Source of the DNA: a candidate division FCPU426 bacterium
Lineage (GTDB): Bacteria > Oederibacteriota > Muellerivitia > Muellerivitales > Muellerivitaceae
Length of the DNA: 64,000 bases
Reading direction: 5' to 3'
NCBI GenBank assembly: GCA_963847625.1
Contig: CAWKAR010000060.1
Coordinates: forward strand, 101,904 to 165,903
In this document: one piece after another, positions 62,834 through 64,000 of the stretch
Layout of the letters: the number at the start of each line of letters is the position of its first letter
Position numbering within the stretch: the stretch's first letter is position 1
The notes under the pieces: generated by a model
The model's database searches: none
Told to the model about the DNA's origin: nothing
The model's input: only the letters and a program-made list of their open reading frames with translations
Position numbers and translations under genes: made by a program

Positions 62834-63422
62834 GGTGGCCGGCTTCGCCCAGCAATCTCGCGATCCATTCCGGGAATGAAGCCCTCGAAGCGACCATCAA
62901 CTCCCATTCCACCTTGGGAAGTTTCAACCGGATTTTGGACAGGGCCTCCTGCCCGTGCGCCTCCCCGATCCAGGCCAGGGCGCGGATGGCCATTCCGGCA
63001 GGACGGTTGCCAAAGGACAACTGCCACCTTGGGGCGTGCTTGAATCGGATCGTGCGTTTTCCGAGTTTGAGGGTTCGGTTTCTTCCGGAGGTGATAAACA
63101 CTTCCTGGACGGGAACCTGGGTGGACAGGCCTAGGGCGTTTGCCGCCACAGCCCCGTTGGGGGATACCTCCTCGCCTTTCTTGAAGGCAATAGACTTGAT
63201 GACGGCTTCTGGAGATGGAGGCCGGCTTCCAAAACGGCTTTCCACGGGGACAACGTAAGCGCCCCTTTCAACCCGGATCAATTTCCCGGCTTTCGTCAGA
63301 CGGGTAAAAGCCTGGTCCACGGCGGCGCGGGTGTTGGTGCCCAAAAACTCTTTGGGGGACAATACACTTCCCTCGGGCATCGCCTTGGATGAATTGAGAA
63401 TGGTTTGAATGAGGGGGCTCAT
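62826..63422 (-). CDS. DUF6088 / AbiEi-like antitoxin transcriptional regulator
   Basis: RAAVDQAFTRL..G.L.RV.RG.Y, AANALGLSTQVP; 8-bp overlap with the toxin gene. Confidence 0.9.
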   Translation of the reverse strand: MSPLIQTILNSSKAMPEGSVLSPKEFLGTNTRAAVDQAFTRLTKAGKLIRVERGAYVVPVESRFGSRPPSPEAVIKSIAFKKGEEVSPNGAVAANALGLSTQVPVQEVFITSGRNRTLKLGKRTIRFKHAPRWQLSFGNRPAGMAIRALAWIGEAHGQEALSKIRLKLPKVEWELMVASRASFPEWIARLLGEAGHLG

Positions 63423-63795
63423 GGGATAAACTCCTTATGTCAGAATTATATGTCTATTTCTGACATGATTCAAGCGGGTATATTTGCCAATCTGAGGGAA
63501 TTTTCACAGGAAGTTTTTGGTGGAATGAAATTCCTCCGGCATTGGAGGGTTGACTCATCAATTCCTGATTAGGTGTGGTTGAAACCCTCAAGCTTGATAT
63601 TTCAATCATATTCCTGGCTTGAAGTTTTAAAGGATTCACCTTTTTTTAAAACCTCCCCCGCCACCGGGGTCACGAAGGCACACCGGCCCGGTGGCTGTCG
63701 TTTCCCTTCTCCAAGTTTCATATCGAGGCCTCTTAATCATCATATAATTTTTTGCGGCTTTCTAAAACGAAATTTGGGCAAACATTTCCAAAATC

Positions 63796-63921
63796 TTACC
63801 AGACAAAACCCTGTAGAACCTTTTGCAAGGCGATTTCGATCTCCTCCTCCGGTACCTCAAACCCGAGCGGCTGTGCCTCCTCCTGTTTCTCCTCCCGCTT
63901 CCCCTTGCTTTCCTCTTCCAT
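63796..63921 (-). CDS. Small acidic protein, 41 aa (not in the ORF track)
   Basis: AAGGGGGTGAGGGAC-ATG; MEEESKGKREEKQEEAQPLGFEVPEEEIEIALQKVLQGFVW*. Confidence 0.55.
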   Translation of the reverse strand: MEEESKGKREEKQEEAQPLGFEVPEEEIEIALQKVLQGFVW

Positions 63922-64000
63922 GTCCCTCACCCCCTTTGTTTTTTTTTGAAGGTTATTCGCCTTAAAAAAACCGCCTTCCCCTCCCCCCTCAAAAACCCGA

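Overview
Bacterial chromosomal window from a diderm organism, with almost all genes on the - strand. The Thr/Pro-linker secreted proteins, one with a YPNP-type C-terminal domain, resemble those of uncultured lineages such as FCPU426; this is inference only. From left to right: (1) 1-20 kb housekeeping block: degenerate ThiF-like gene, outer-membrane beta-barrel, D-aminoacylase, rsmB-fmt-def, thiE-thiG-thiS, an RHH-like protein, a PAP2 gene coupled to a CBM9/GH-like protein, gltD-gltB with a candidate attenuator, and tgt. (2) 20.1-21.3 kb non-coding patch with degenerate 21/42-bp repeats and a TPR pseudogene. (3) A 1315-aa secreted sialate O-acetylesterase-type multidomain protein. (4) A ~28 kb Wzx/Wzy capsule/EPS locus (wza, wzc, wecA-like, rfbFG plus C-methyl-sugar genes, wzx, glycosyltransferases, gmd, wzy, a WbgZ/WbgY/aminotransferase-like module, YdcF). 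(5) A CapA-NHL lipoprotein and an OmpA with a duplicated peptidoglycan-binding domain. (6) A tRNA-Phe 3' half att site, followed by the end of an integrative element (tyrosine integrase, excisionase, AbiE-type TA pair) that runs off the window. No CRISPR array, rRNA or intact tRNA was seen. All assignments come from motif recognition by eye; no searches were run. I found no unambiguous new system. The best leads are the attP-like junction, the gltB attenuator, the 21-bp repeat patch and the T9SS-like sorting signal.
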